Shown: positions 13,150 through 22,486 of the stretch, in pieces
Numbering within the stretch: position 1 is the stretch's first letter
Layout: each line of letters begins with the position of its first letter
Assembly: GCF_000803625.1 (NCBI RefSeq)
Contig: NZ_CP007496.1
Location: 660,001-692,000 of the forward strand
Source of the DNA: Candidatus Nanosynbacter lyticus
Lineage (GTDB): Bacteria; Patescibacteriota; Saccharimonadia; Saccharimonadales; Saccharimonadaceae
Length of the DNA: 32,000 bases
Reading direction: 5' to 3'
Made by a program: the position numbers and the translations under genes
Notes under the pieces: model-generated
What the model saw: the letters and a program-made list of their open reading frames with translations, nothing else
Told to the model about the DNA's origin: nothing
The model's database searches: none

Positions 13150-14778
13150 ATGTTAATAAAAAAACGTTTTTCAAATAAAAAAGTAAAGGCATTGGCTGGA
13201 ATAATGACCGCATGTCTAATTTTCGGCGGAACATTATTTGCGTTACCAATACAAAATGCTAGAGGTAATGATGATTCATATCCACCCAACGATGACAATT
13301 ACGAAAAGGTTTGGTGGGACGAATTTAATGACACGTCTTTAAATAGAGAAAAATGGGATTATTACGTCGGCGGCTGGAACGCCAGTGAAGTTCAAAACTG
13401 CTATAAAGATTCACCCGAGAACGTTAATGTTAGTGGTGGCAGCTTAAACCTGGTCGGCCTTTATAAGCCAGGTCTGACATGTAACCAAGGAAGGAACGGT
13501 GACTTTACCTCTGGATTTGTGCATACAAAAGATAAAAAAGCTTGGACTTATGGCTATTTTGAAGCTCGCATAAAAATGCCAACAAATAAAAGTACTTGGC
13601 CTGCATTCTGGATGAGCCCTCAGGAAGCTAAATACGGTGGCTGGCCTAAGAGTGGAGAAATCGATATCGTAGAGACAAAGGGCTCTAACTTAAATTATGC
13701 CGCTTCTGATGCTCACTGGGGAATTTCAGCAGTGAATAAAAGCCACAGTCAGCGCGTAATTGGAACAGATAAATTTAGCGATACTAGCCAGTGGCATACA
13801 TACGGCGTTAAGTGGACCGAAGGCAAGCTTGAATTTTATATTGACGGTAATAGATACCATGAAATTAAAAACTTTAGCCAGCCGAACTCTACTAATCACC
13901 CTGGACCCTTCAATATCCCATTTTACCTACGACTTAACCTAGCGATTGGCGGTAGCTACATTGACGCTCCATGGAAAGATGCCCATAATTCTATAGCCGA
14001 CTTCCCAGCTACTATGTCAATCGACTATGTCCGTGTTTATCAGAGAAAACCGCGACAGCCTAAAAACGTCAATGTGCCAGATAGCAATTTGCGTACCCTG
14101 CTTAACCAAAAATTAGCAGCACAACTTGGGACTACTCGCACCAATGATCAAGTCATTACCGACGTAGAGCTAGAAAGCTTAACAAATCTTAACTTGGATG
14201 CAGCACCAAATGCACCACTTGATCAGCGAATTAACAATCTTACCGGCCTAGAGGCAACTAAAAACCTCACAGCCCTGTCCCTTCAGAATAATGCAATTAG
14301 CGACCTAAGACCGCTTGCCGGACTAGCATCCTTAACTTCGCTAAATCTTAATGATCAATTAATCGCTTCAAGCACTAATACCGACTCATTTGCTTCACCT
14401 CTAAGGGATCCTGCAGGAAATACTGTCGATATAAATAATTCAGCAGAAGTAGCTAACGATGCAGCAAACCCTGGAAAGATTAAACTACTCTCACCAATCC
14501 GTGACGGCAATCCTCATCTTATTGTCGCTAATTGGTCGAGGAACGTAACTATTGGGACAGCTTCAGCCGTCTTTAGTGGCAAACTTAATGTAACCGCCAC
14601 CTTGCAAGCAGCGCCAACACCACAGCCACAGCCTAACCCTAGTACGCCAAGTAATACTCAGAAACCAGGAAAAACTCAAAGCTCTAATAATTCACTAGCA
14701 AGCACAGGATTTAATATTCTCCTGGGAGTCGTAACTGCCCTACTGATTGGTATAGCAGGCATGTTTATCCTACGATAA
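13150..14778 (+). CDS. Secreted, cell-wall-anchored glycoside hydrolase family 16 (beta-glucanase/laminarinase-like) with a leucine-rich-repeat module and an LAxTG sorting signal, 542 aa
   Basis: N-terminal signal peptide (KALAGIMTACLIFGGTLFALPIQNA). GH16 catalytic motif EIDIVE (nt 13657-13674). Internalin-like LRRs (LTNLNL...NLTGLEATKNLTALSLQNNAISDLRPLAGLASLTSLNL). Pro-rich linker, then LASTG (nt 14695-14709) plus a hydrophobic helix and a basic tail. Confidence 0.85.
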   Translation: MLIKKRFSNKKVKALAGIMTACLIFGGTLFALPIQNARGNDDSYPPNDDNYEKVWWDEFNDTSLNREKWDYYVGGWNASEVQNCYKDSPENVNVSGGSLNLVGLYKPGLTCNQGRNGDFTSGFVHTKDKKAWTYGYFEARIKMPTNKSTWPAFWMSPQEAKYGGWPKSGEIDIVETKGSNLNYAASDAHWGISAVNKSHSQRVIGTDKFSDTSQWHTYGVKWTEGKLEFYIDGNRYHEIKNFSQPNSTNHPGPFNIPFYLRLNLAIGGSYIDAPWKDAHNSIADFPATMSIDYVRVYQRKPRQPKNVNVPDSNLRTLLNQKLAAQLGTTRTNDQVITDVELESLTNLNLDAAPNAPLDQRINNLTGLEATKNLTALSLQNNAISDLRPLAGLASLTSLNLNDQLIASSTNTDSFASPLRDPAGNTVDINNSAEVANDAANPGKIKLLSPIRDGNPHLIVANWSRNVTIGTASAVFSGKLNVTATLQAAPTPQPQPNPSTPSNTQKPGKTQSSNNSLASTGFNILLGVVTALLIGIAGMFILR

Positions 14779-14789
14779 TCATATAAACT

Positions 14790-14827
14790 AGAAGATGTCA
14801 TCACTTATGGTATGACATCTTCTTTTT
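14790..14827 (+). terminator. Rho-independent terminator of the GH16 gene
   Basis: Perfect 12-bp stem AGAAGATGTCAT / ATGACATCTTCT with a 10-nt loop, followed by a T-run (TTTTTG). Confidence 0.7.
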
Positions 14828-14855
14828 GTATATTTACTGTCCAGCTAAGATAGGT

Positions 14856-14882
14856 AAAGAAAAAACACCTCCGCAGAAGTGT
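14856..14882 (-). terminator. Possible small terminator downstream of tRNA-Asn
   Basis: The minus-sense RNA ACACUUC-UGCG-GAGGUGU forms a 7-bp stem including one G-U pair, followed by UUUUUCUUU. It starts 7 nt after the tRNA CCA end. Confidence 0.35.
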
Positions 14883-14889
14883 CTTTTCT

Positions 14890-14964
14890 TGGCTCCGGCA
14901 GCTGGGCTCGAACCAGCGACCTATTGGTTAACAGCCAACCGCTCTACCACTGAGCTATGCCGGA
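14890..14964 (-). tRNA. tRNA-Asn (anticodon GTT), 75 nt, CCA encoded
   Basis: The reverse complement folds as a cloverleaf. Acceptor TCCGGCA/TGCCGGA, D arm GCTC-AGTGGTA-GAGC, anticodon arm GTTGG-CTGTTAA-CCAAT, T arm GCTGG-TTCGAGC-CCAGC, discriminator G, CCA. Confidence 0.93.
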
Positions 14965-14975
14965 ATACGAATCTT

Positions 14976-15004
14976 ATTATAGCGAGTTTTTAAACAGTTG
15001 TAAA
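14976..15004 (-). promoter_or_regulatory. Promoter of tRNA-Asn (-35 TTTACA, 17-nt spacer, -10 TATAAT)
   Basis: Minus strand: TTTACA = 14999-15004, TATAAT = 14976-14981. The -10 element ends 11 nt before the mature tRNA 5' end. Confidence 0.5.
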
Positions 15005-15005
15005 G

Positions 15006-15338
15006 TTACTGACGAACAATTTCTAGTGCTTTTTTCAAAATTTCTACTTCTTTGCGTGATTTTTCATCATCTTTTTCTTCTCTTTTCTTGATCTCTCTAG
15101 TCAAATTATTCCACCAAACCTCTTTTTCAGCACTACACACAGCCAAAGACCTTACTTCGCCGTCGCGCTTATCCAGTAATCCTGCCGACACCAAATTATC
15201 AACATGTTTAGCTACAGTTGAAACCGATTTATATCCGAGTGCACGCATAATTTCCCGCAGTGTCGGACTGTAGCCGTTACCCTTAATAAAACCATCGATG
15301 AAATCCAGCATCATTTTCTGTTTTTTCGTCAACTTCAT
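15006..15338 (-). CDS. LexA-type winged-helix DNA-binding protein without the S24 peptidase domain, 110 aa
   Basis: MLDFIDGFIKGNGYSPTLREIMRALGYKSVSTVAKHVDNLVSAGLLDKRDGEVRSL matches the LexA N-terminal DNA-binding domain. The C-terminus is a K/E-rich helix instead of the Ser-Lys protease. ATG 15338 is preferred over the ORF-track GTG 15353, which lies inside the -10 element. Confidence 0.65.
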   Translation of the reverse strand: MKLTKKQKMMLDFIDGFIKGNGYSPTLREIMRALGYKSVSTVAKHVDNLVSAGLLDKRDGEVRSLAVCSAEKEVWWNNLTREIKKREEKDDEKSRKEVEILKKALEIVRQ

Positions 15339-15344
15339 ATCTAA

Positions 15345-15350
15345 AGTATA
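15345..15350 (-). promoter_or_regulatory. -10 element TATACT placed 6 nt from the ATG of the LexA-DBD gene (leaderless-type)
   Basis: The minus strand reads TATACT-TTAGAT-ATG(15338). Confidence 0.4.
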
Positions 15351-15360
15351 CACTATGCGC

Positions 15361-15366
15361 TATACT
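15361..15366 (+). promoter_or_regulatory. -10 element TATACT placed 6 nt from the ATG of the Wzy-like gene (leaderless-type)
   Basis: The plus strand reads TATACT-TACAGT-ATG(15373). It is the exact inverted copy of the element at 15345-15350, 10 bp away. Confidence 0.4.
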
Positions 15367-15372
15367 TACAGT

Positions 15373-16788
15373 ATGTCAAAAAACCTCATCAATGATATTC
15401 AATTTTGGCTCCTCGTAACGGTTATTTTCGGTGGTGCATTTGCCTTGCATCCCAGCCTCAACTTAGCAATCCTTGATTTTCCTTCATTACGATTAGGTCT
15501 ATATCAGTTAGTTGCAGTCAGCCTAGTACTATCCACGATACCGATATTATTTAAGAAACGGCAAACCTTCCTTAAAAATCGTTACCTAATTGGCGGGTTT
15601 TTAGCAATTTTTCTAGCCATGGCTATAGGCGTCTTTTTTGCCGAAGCGCATCTTCGCACTGCGCTTTATTCATTGTCGCTCTTATTTTTATTAGTTGTAG
15701 GCTTGTCGGCTGGCGTGGTTTATACAGAATTGTCAAAGACCAAAAAACACAGATTAGTCAAGTTTGGTTTATGGAGCGGTCTGGTTTTCGGAATCTTAGC
15801 AATTATCCAGCTCGTCGTTGCCACCTTCGAACCAACTGGCTTTGGCACGCTTTGTTCTGGCTGTAAAGCTGACGTTTTTGGTTTTCCGCGCATCAATCTA
15901 TTCGCCGCTGAACCACAGTTTTTAGCCAATGCCCTGCTACCCGCCTTTTTCTTAGCCCTCTTCCAACCAAAATCCCGCCTCACTCAACTCAGTTTATTTT
16001 TCACTGCCACAGCCATAGCCTTAACCTTTTCTCGCGGCGGATTTTTAGCAATTTTTCTAGCCATTATAATTTTCATCGCTATCGCCTCAATCAAGCGCCT
16101 CAATATTTCTTTCCTCTATAAAAACCTTCCTCTGATTATTATCGGCACGTTTTTCGGATTTACTTTACTATTTCTGTCTGCCAATATTCGCTATAGCAGT
16201 TCGCCGTTTATAGCACATAACACGCTTGTTAGTATGATTGACCAATTATCCCTCGGCCGAATTAAAATACCGCAAAAAACTGTCATTAAAACCCAGCCAG
16301 CACCATCTTCTCAACAGAAGACCTCAGATATAAAATCCACCCCGACAAAACAGGACTTCCAGCCTACCGGATTCGTTGAAGCTTCAGCTAACGATCGTCT
16401 TAGCGCCAGCGACCTAGCCCTTAAGTCCTGGCTGAGTTCGCCTCGTACGTTATTCTTTGGCGTCGGCCTCGGTAATCTCGGCAGCTTCATCCAAAAGCAC
16501 CTCCACATTAGCGTACCGACCGACCAAACCGTCTACATTTTCTACGTTTTACTACTTAGCGGACTCGGCATCATTGGCTTATTGCCGCTCATCCTACCAT
16601 CTCTTACAATTATCTTCTTTGCTATAAAAAATATCTGCCACCCTAAAGCGCAGCTTATCTTTTCATTAACCACTGCACTACTTATCCATTTCTGGTTTTT
16701 TGGCAGTTTTATTAACACAATTCATTGTTTTGCTATAATTGGTATATTTTTGTATAATTACCCCAGAGATTATGCGGAAAAAGTCTGA
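15373..16788 (+). CDS. O-antigen ligase / Wzy-type polymerase family membrane protein, 471 aa from the preferred start
   Basis: About 10-12 hydrophobic helices. The TFSRGGFLAIFLAIIIF segment is typical of the Wzy_C / O-antigen ligase family, and a large polar loop follows (PQKTVIKTQPAPSSQQKTSD...). Start chosen from the TATACT-N6-ATG geometry; 15355 is an alternative. Confidence 0.65.
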   Translation: MSKNLINDIQFWLLVTVIFGGAFALHPSLNLAILDFPSLRLGLYQLVAVSLVLSTIPILFKKRQTFLKNRYLIGGFLAIFLAMAIGVFFAEAHLRTALYSLSLLFLLVVGLSAGVVYTELSKTKKHRLVKFGLWSGLVFGILAIIQLVVATFEPTGFGTLCSGCKADVFGFPRINLFAAEPQFLANALLPAFFLALFQPKSRLTQLSLFFTATAIALTFSRGGFLAIFLAIIIFIAIASIKRLNISFLYKNLPLIIIGTFFGFTLLFLSANIRYSSSPFIAHNTLVSMIDQLSLGRIKIPQKTVIKTQPAPSSQQKTSDIKSTPTKQDFQPTGFVEASANDRLSASDLALKSWLSSPRTLFFGVGLGNLGSFIQKHLHISVPTDQTVYIFYVLLLSGLGIIGLLPLILPSLTIIFFAIKNICHPKAQLIFSLTTALLIHFWFFGSFINTIHCFAIIGIFLYNYPRDYAEKV

Positions 16789-18193
16789 TTTTTACTTCAA
16801 AGTTGTTCTGGTCGTTCTTGATATCTTGGCTTTATTGAGCGCCTTTACTATTGCCTATATTTTACGCATATCCTTAGATCCTAGACCGTTCCACGTCAGT
16901 ATCAATGCTTTAGATTTCATTACGTCTATCGCTATGACCTTACCGCTATGGATTATAATGTTCTATTTCTTCGGACTTTACGACCGCGAAAGCTACACCC
17001 ATCCTTTACGCCAATTTGGACGAATTCTTCTGGCATCAGTTACCGGAATTATGATTATGATTTCAGTAACTTTTTTCACCAACACGCCGCTGTTTCCAGC
17101 CAAGCTTGTCGCTGTCTATGCTACCGTGATTGGCTTTGCTCTATTGATGGTTTTTCGTAGCACCGCCAATATCATTCGTTTACGGTTATTAAAACGTGGA
17201 TTGGGTGCACGTCGAGTCGTAATAGTCGGCAATTGCGACTTAACTCATGTTTTAGCCGATTTTATTGAGAATAATCCACTAACTGGCTTTAGGGTCAGCG
17301 GAATTGTAGCACGAGCTGAGTTTATACCGATTGAGCTGAAAAGTCTCAGACGCTCATCATTAGAATCAGCACTAACCAGAGATAAAATTGACGTTATTAT
17401 CCAAACTGATTCAAAAAATGTTAATAACAATTACCAGCTCGCCCAGAAACATTATTTAGATTTTTATCAAGCACCAGAATTTGACGGAATTATGACCACT
17501 AAGCACACGATTGACATCATTGATTCCGTGCCGCTAATTCACGCCCACCCAACACCGCTGATGGGCTATGGCCAGATTGTGAAACGAGTTATGGATATTG
17601 TCGGCGGAACAATTGGTATTATTTTAGCCTCGCCGATAATGCTTTTGGTAGCAATTGCCGTGAAAATTAGCGATCCAGCCGGCCCAATCCTGATGCACGG
17701 CAAACAACAAAAGCGTCTCACTCGTTACAACCGGCCGTTCAAAGTTTACAAATTCCGCTCGCATTATGCCAAATTTGACGGTAAGACTGACGAAGAAGTA
17801 TTCCAAATGGTCGGCAAACCGGAGCTGATTGAAGAATATCGTAAAAACGGCGATAAACTTGATCAAGATTTTCGCGTTACGCCAGTCGGCCGTTTTATCC
17901 GCCGGTTTAGTCTGGATGAATTGCCGCAGTTGTTTAATGTCCTAAAGGGTGACATCAGCCTAGTTGGACCGCGTGCTTTAGTACCGCATGAACTCAGCGC
18001 ATACGATAAAAAACATGTTTTACTGGCGGTAAAATCCGGATTGACTGGGCTGGCGGTAGTCTCTGGCAGGCGCAGTATTAGCTTTGAGGAACGGCGGCGA
18101 ATTGATCTATACTACGTACAGAACTGGAGTTTATGGTTGGATATTACTATTCTATTAAAAACCTGCTTGGTTATTTTCCAAAAGGATAATTGA
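16772..18193 (+). CDS. Polyprenyl-phosphate hexose-1-phosphate transferase (WbaP/EpsE-type priming sugar transferase), 473 aa
   Basis: N-terminal TM helices and a C-terminal bacterial sugar transferase domain (KRVMDIVGG...FKVYKFRSH...DELPQLFNVLKGDISLVGPRAL). First in-frame ATG of the ORF (the track start is TTG). Confidence 0.85.
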   Translation: MRKKSDFYFKVVLVVLDILALLSAFTIAYILRISLDPRPFHVSINALDFITSIAMTLPLWIIMFYFFGLYDRESYTHPLRQFGRILLASVTGIMIMISVTFFTNTPLFPAKLVAVYATVIGFALLMVFRSTANIIRLRLLKRGLGARRVVIVGNCDLTHVLADFIENNPLTGFRVSGIVARAEFIPIELKSLRRSSLESALTRDKIDVIIQTDSKNVNNNYQLAQKHYLDFYQAPEFDGIMTTKHTIDIIDSVPLIHAHPTPLMGYGQIVKRVMDIVGGTIGIILASPIMLLVAIAVKISDPAGPILMHGKQQKRLTRYNRPFKVYKFRSHYAKFDGKTDEEVFQMVGKPELIEEYRKNGDKLDQDFRVTPVGRFIRRFSLDELPQLFNVLKGDISLVGPRALVPHELSAYDKKHVLLAVKSGLTGLAVVSGRRSISFEERRRIDLYYVQNWSLWLDITILLKTCLVIFQKDN

Positions 18194-19335
18194 TGAGCAA
18201 GCCAAAGATTGCCATAGTTCACGACTGGCTGTATGGCGGCGGCGCGGAAAAAGTCGTCTTAGAAATCCACAAATTATACCCAGAGGCACCAATTTATACT
18301 TCTTTTTGCAGCGATGAATGGCGACAAAAACTAGATAATAAAGTCATTACTGGCTATTTGCAGCGCTGGCCATTTTCAAAACTCCGTCGCTTTTTGCCGC
18401 TCTTGAGGCAATGGTGGTTTGCGCGGCTCGACCTTAGTCAATATGACATTATCCTCTCTAGCTCGGGCAACGGCGAAGCTAAATTTGTCCGTAAGTCCCG
18501 CCCCGAACAACTGCATATTTGCTATTGCCACACGCCAACGCACTTTTATTGGCGGCACTATGATGAATATATTAAGCGCCCCAGTTTTCGTCCGCGCTGG
18601 CTAGCCAGATTAGGCTTAAAAACTTTGGTTCGTCCGCTGAAAAAACGCGATTTTATTGCTGCCCAGCAAGTTGATATTTTCATTGCCAATTCCACCGGCA
18701 TCCAAGCTGATATCACAGAATTTTACCAGAAAAAAAGCACTATTATTTTTCCGCCCATTGACCTATCGAATTTCTCGCCGCTATCTAAAACTCGTCAGAA
18801 AAAAATCATTCCTAAAAAGCCGCGTTGCCTGATTTGGGGACGAATTGTGCCGATGAAGCGACTTGATGTAGCTATCAACGCCTGTCAAAAACTTGGTTGG
18901 AAACTAGATATTATAGGTAAGGGTCCCGACATGGACCGTCTAAAAAAACTGGCCGGCCCACATACAAATTTCTTAGGATTTGTTGATGATGCAACGCGGG
19001 AAAAGTACATAAAAGAAGCCGATTTATTTATTTTTTGTTCACACGAAGACTTTGGTATCGCGCCAGTTGAGGCTTTAGCGGCAGGAATTCCGGTAATCGC
19101 TTACCAAGCAGGCGGCGCACTTGATTATATTAAACCAGAAAAAAACGGCTGGTTTTTCTCAGAACAAACGGCCGAACAATTGGTAAAAACTTTGAAAGAG
19201 TTGCCAGGCAAAAAAATTTCGCCAGCAAAAATTTCTGCTACTGCCAATGAATTCTCAGCCGCCATTTTCCGCAAATCAATGAAAAATATAGTTGAAAAAT
19301 CATGGAAGGAGTATTCTCATGAAAATCGCCATTGA
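18193..19335 (+). CDS. Glycosyltransferase family 4 (GT-B), 380 aa
   Basis: IAIVHDWLYGGGAEKV N-terminus and the C-terminal EDFGIAPVEALAAGIPVIA (E-x7-E region). ATG 18193 overlaps the upstream stop (TGATG) and is preceded by AAAGGA. Confidence 0.8.
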   Translation: MSKPKIAIVHDWLYGGGAEKVVLEIHKLYPEAPIYTSFCSDEWRQKLDNKVITGYLQRWPFSKLRRFLPLLRQWWFARLDLSQYDIILSSSGNGEAKFVRKSRPEQLHICYCHTPTHFYWRHYDEYIKRPSFRPRWLARLGLKTLVRPLKKRDFIAAQQVDIFIANSTGIQADITEFYQKKSTIIFPPIDLSNFSPLSKTRQKKIIPKKPRCLIWGRIVPMKRLDVAINACQKLGWKLDIIGKGPDMDRLKKLAGPHTNFLGFVDDATREKYIKEADLFIFCSHEDFGIAPVEALAAGIPVIAYQAGGALDYIKPEKNGWFFSEQTAEQLVKTLKELPGKKISPAKISATANEFSAAIFRKSMKNIVEKSWKEYSHENRH

Positions 19336-20422
19336 CGCTCGCACATTACGAACAAGTACTGGACGCTACATTGAACGGCTGATTCATTATCTACAAAAGA
19401 TTGATAAGAAAAATGACTATATTATTCTACTAAAGCCAAAGGATTTCGATAGCTGGCAGCCAACTAATCCGCGTTTTCAAAAAGTAGCTTGCCCTTATAA
19501 AGAATATACTTTTGCTGAACAAATTGATTTTAAAAAACAATTGGAGGGGCTGAATCTAGACCTGGTGCATTTTGCAATGGTTCAGCAGCCGGTTTGGTAT
19601 CATGCTAGTCCAGTCGTCACCACCATGCAAGACCTAACCACTGTTCGGTTTAGAAATCCTGATAAAAATCCCGTTATATTCTGGATAAAGCAACAAATTT
19701 ACAAATGGGTCAATAAAAAAGTCGCTCGAAAATCCGCTCATATTATCACTATTTCCGATTTCGTGAAAAATGATTTGGTTGGATTTACTGGTATTAGTCC
19801 AGATAAAATTACAGTGACACTGGAGTCGGCTGACGAACTACCAAAGGGTAACGAGCCTGTTAAAGATCTGATTGGCAAGAAATTTATTATGTATATCGGT
19901 AGGCCAACACCGCATAAAAATTTACGGCGGCTGATTGATGCTTTTGCATTATTGCAAAAAAAATATCCAGAGTTGACTTTAGCTTTAGCTGGCAAAAAAG
20001 ACAGTAATTATGCTCGCCACGAAGCATATGTCAATAAGCATGGAATTAAAAATGTCGTATTCACTGACTTTATATCAGATGAACAATTGCGCTGGATGTA
20101 TGAAAATACGGCTGTTTATTGTTTCCCCTCACTTAGCGAAGGATTTGGCTTGCCAGGTCTTGAGGCAATGCTACACGGCGCGCCAGTTGCTTCAAGCACC
20201 ACTACTTGCCTGCCAGAAACTCACGGCGATGCCGCTCACTATTTTGATCCGTATGATGTCGAGGATATAGCGCGAGCTATTGATGAAATTTTGTCTGACG
20301 AAAAGCTACGTCGAGAATTGATTAAAAAAGGCAAACAGCACGTCAAAACTTTCTCCTGGCAGCGGATGGCCGAGCAGACGCTAGCGGTTTATGAACAATA
20401 CGGTAGCCAGAATAAAAACTAG
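19319..20422 (+). CDS. Glycosyltransferase family 4 (GT-B), 367 aa
   Basis: MKIAIDARTL start preceded by GGAAGGA. C-terminal SEGFGLPGLEAMLHGAPVA motif. Confidence 0.8.
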   Translation: MKIAIDARTLRTSTGRYIERLIHYLQKIDKKNDYIILLKPKDFDSWQPTNPRFQKVACPYKEYTFAEQIDFKKQLEGLNLDLVHFAMVQQPVWYHASPVVTTMQDLTTVRFRNPDKNPVIFWIKQQIYKWVNKKVARKSAHIITISDFVKNDLVGFTGISPDKITVTLESADELPKGNEPVKDLIGKKFIMYIGRPTPHKNLRRLIDAFALLQKKYPELTLALAGKKDSNYARHEAYVNKHGIKNVVFTDFISDEQLRWMYENTAVYCFPSLSEGFGLPGLEAMLHGAPVASSTTTCLPETHGDAAHYFDPYDVEDIARAIDEILSDEKLRRELIKKGKQHVKTFSWQRMAEQTLAVYEQYGSQNKN

Positions 20423-20856
20423 CTTTCTTGACCAGTAGCCTGATTAATACGCGTAGACGAATCTGCTTTATTTGTACCGCCAACTCCATATACCATTTCG
20501 ATGTTGTATTTTTCACAAACATTACGCTCTGGTACAACCTCTGGCGCCGATCGATCGCCGCCATTAGCAAATACCAATTGACAACCTGGATACTGTCGCG
20601 CAATCATTTCCAGCGTCTCCGTTACTGGCGGCTCTTCGTCAATAGACAACATTACTTGATCAACACCTTTTAATGCTCGCATTAATCGAAGCCGATTTTC
20701 CTCATTGAGAATGATTTTTCCTTTTTTAAGCAATTGCTGTTTGTCGTTATTAACAACCACAATCAAATAATCACCCATTTTTGCCGCTGCTTCAATCATG
20801 CCTAAATGTCCACCGTGCAATGGATTAAAATAGCCACTAACAATTACAACCTTCAT
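20419..20856 (-). CDS. Cytidylyltransferase-like nucleotidyltransferase (HxGH family), 145 aa
   Basis: MKVVIVSGYFNPLHGGHLGMIEAA carries the HxGH motif of the CTP/ATP sugar- or glycerol-phosphate nucleotidyltransferases. Strong SD GAGGAGG upstream. Substrate not assignable from the sequence. Confidence 0.7.
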   Translation of the reverse strand: MKVVIVSGYFNPLHGGHLGMIEAAAKMGDYLIVVVNNDKQQLLKKGKIILNEENRLRLMRALKGVDQVMLSIDEEPPVTETLEMIARQYPGCQLVFANGGDRSAPEVVPERNVCEKYNIEMVYGVGGTNKADSSTRINQATGQES

Positions 20857-20887
20857 ATTTCCTCCTCTGTAACTTCTATATTATACC

Positions 20888-21916
<1,029 letters not shown>

Positions 21917-21918
21917 TT

Positions 21919-22485
21919 ATGTTTGATCCAAACGACTACAACGAACTAACCGTCACCGAATCACCCATCCCTGGTCTATTCGTCGTCAAATTACCAGTCC
22001 ATGGCGATAATCGCGGCTGGTTCAAAGAAAACTACCAAAAAGAAAAAATGGAAGCACTGGGACTACCGTCGTTTACCATCGTGCAAAACAACATCAGCTT
22101 CAATGATAAAGCTGGCGCCACTCGGGGCTTACACGCCGAGCCATGGAACAAATTCATCTCCACCGCCAACGGTCGGGTGTTCGGCTCGTGGTGCGATTTG
22201 CGTAAAGGCGACAGCTTTGGCCGAGTTTTCACGCACGAAATTAACCCCGGCACAGCAATTTTCGTACCAAAAGGCGTTGCCAATGGCTATCAAGCGCTTG
22301 ACGACAACATTGCCTACACTTACCTGGTTGACGCGCACTGGTCGCCAGCCGCCAAATACACCTTTGTCAATCTGTTTGATCCGGCACTCGGTATTGACTG
22401 GCCGATCAGCCAGGATCAAGCGATTATTTCTGAAAAGGACGCCGCTCACCCGCTACTTACAAACGTAATCCCAATGGAGGTTTAA
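21919..22485 (+). CDS. rfbC: dTDP-4-dehydrorhamnose 3,5-epimerase, 188 aa
   Basis: Cupin-fold RmlC features (GDNRGWFKENY, RGLHAEPWNKF, GVANGYQ). ATG 21919 lies 2 nt after the rfbB stop, so the ORF-track upstream extension overlapping rfbB is rejected. Confidence 0.9.
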   Translation: MFDPNDYNELTVTESPIPGLFVVKLPVHGDNRGWFKENYQKEKMEALGLPSFTIVQNNISFNDKAGATRGLHAEPWNKFISTANGRVFGSWCDLRKGDSFGRVFTHEINPGTAIFVPKGVANGYQALDDNIAYTYLVDAHWSPAAKYTFVNLFDPALGIDWPISQDQAIISEKDAAHPLLTNVIPMEV

Positions 22486-22486
22486 T

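Noticed and set aside
13044-13298. 84-aa minus-strand ORF overlapping the GH16 promoter and 5' end.
   Set aside because: It overlaps a well-supported gene start and its SD and promoter. The peptide has no recognisable features and the region is AT-rich, where spurious ORFs are expected.
14890-14964. tRNA-Asn as an integration site bounding a genomic island, with the glycan cluster or GH16 gene as cargo.
   Set aside because: I found no integrase gene and no direct repeat of the tRNA 3' half elsewhere in the window by eye. Not supported.
15298-15372. Longer ORF-track starts for the Wzy-like gene (ATG 15298) and the LexA-DBD gene (GTG 15353).
   Set aside because: The extensions overlap each other on opposite strands and run through the -10 elements. 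The TATACT-N6-ATG geometry seen at six other genes supports 15373 and 15338. ATG 15355 remains a possible alternative for the Wzy-like gene.
22001-22468. 155-aa alternative-frame ORF inside rfbC, plus antisense ORFs at 22032-22449.
   Set aside because: The rfbC frame gives a recognisable RmlC cupin sequence. The alternative frame gives an unrecognisable basic, low-complexity peptide.
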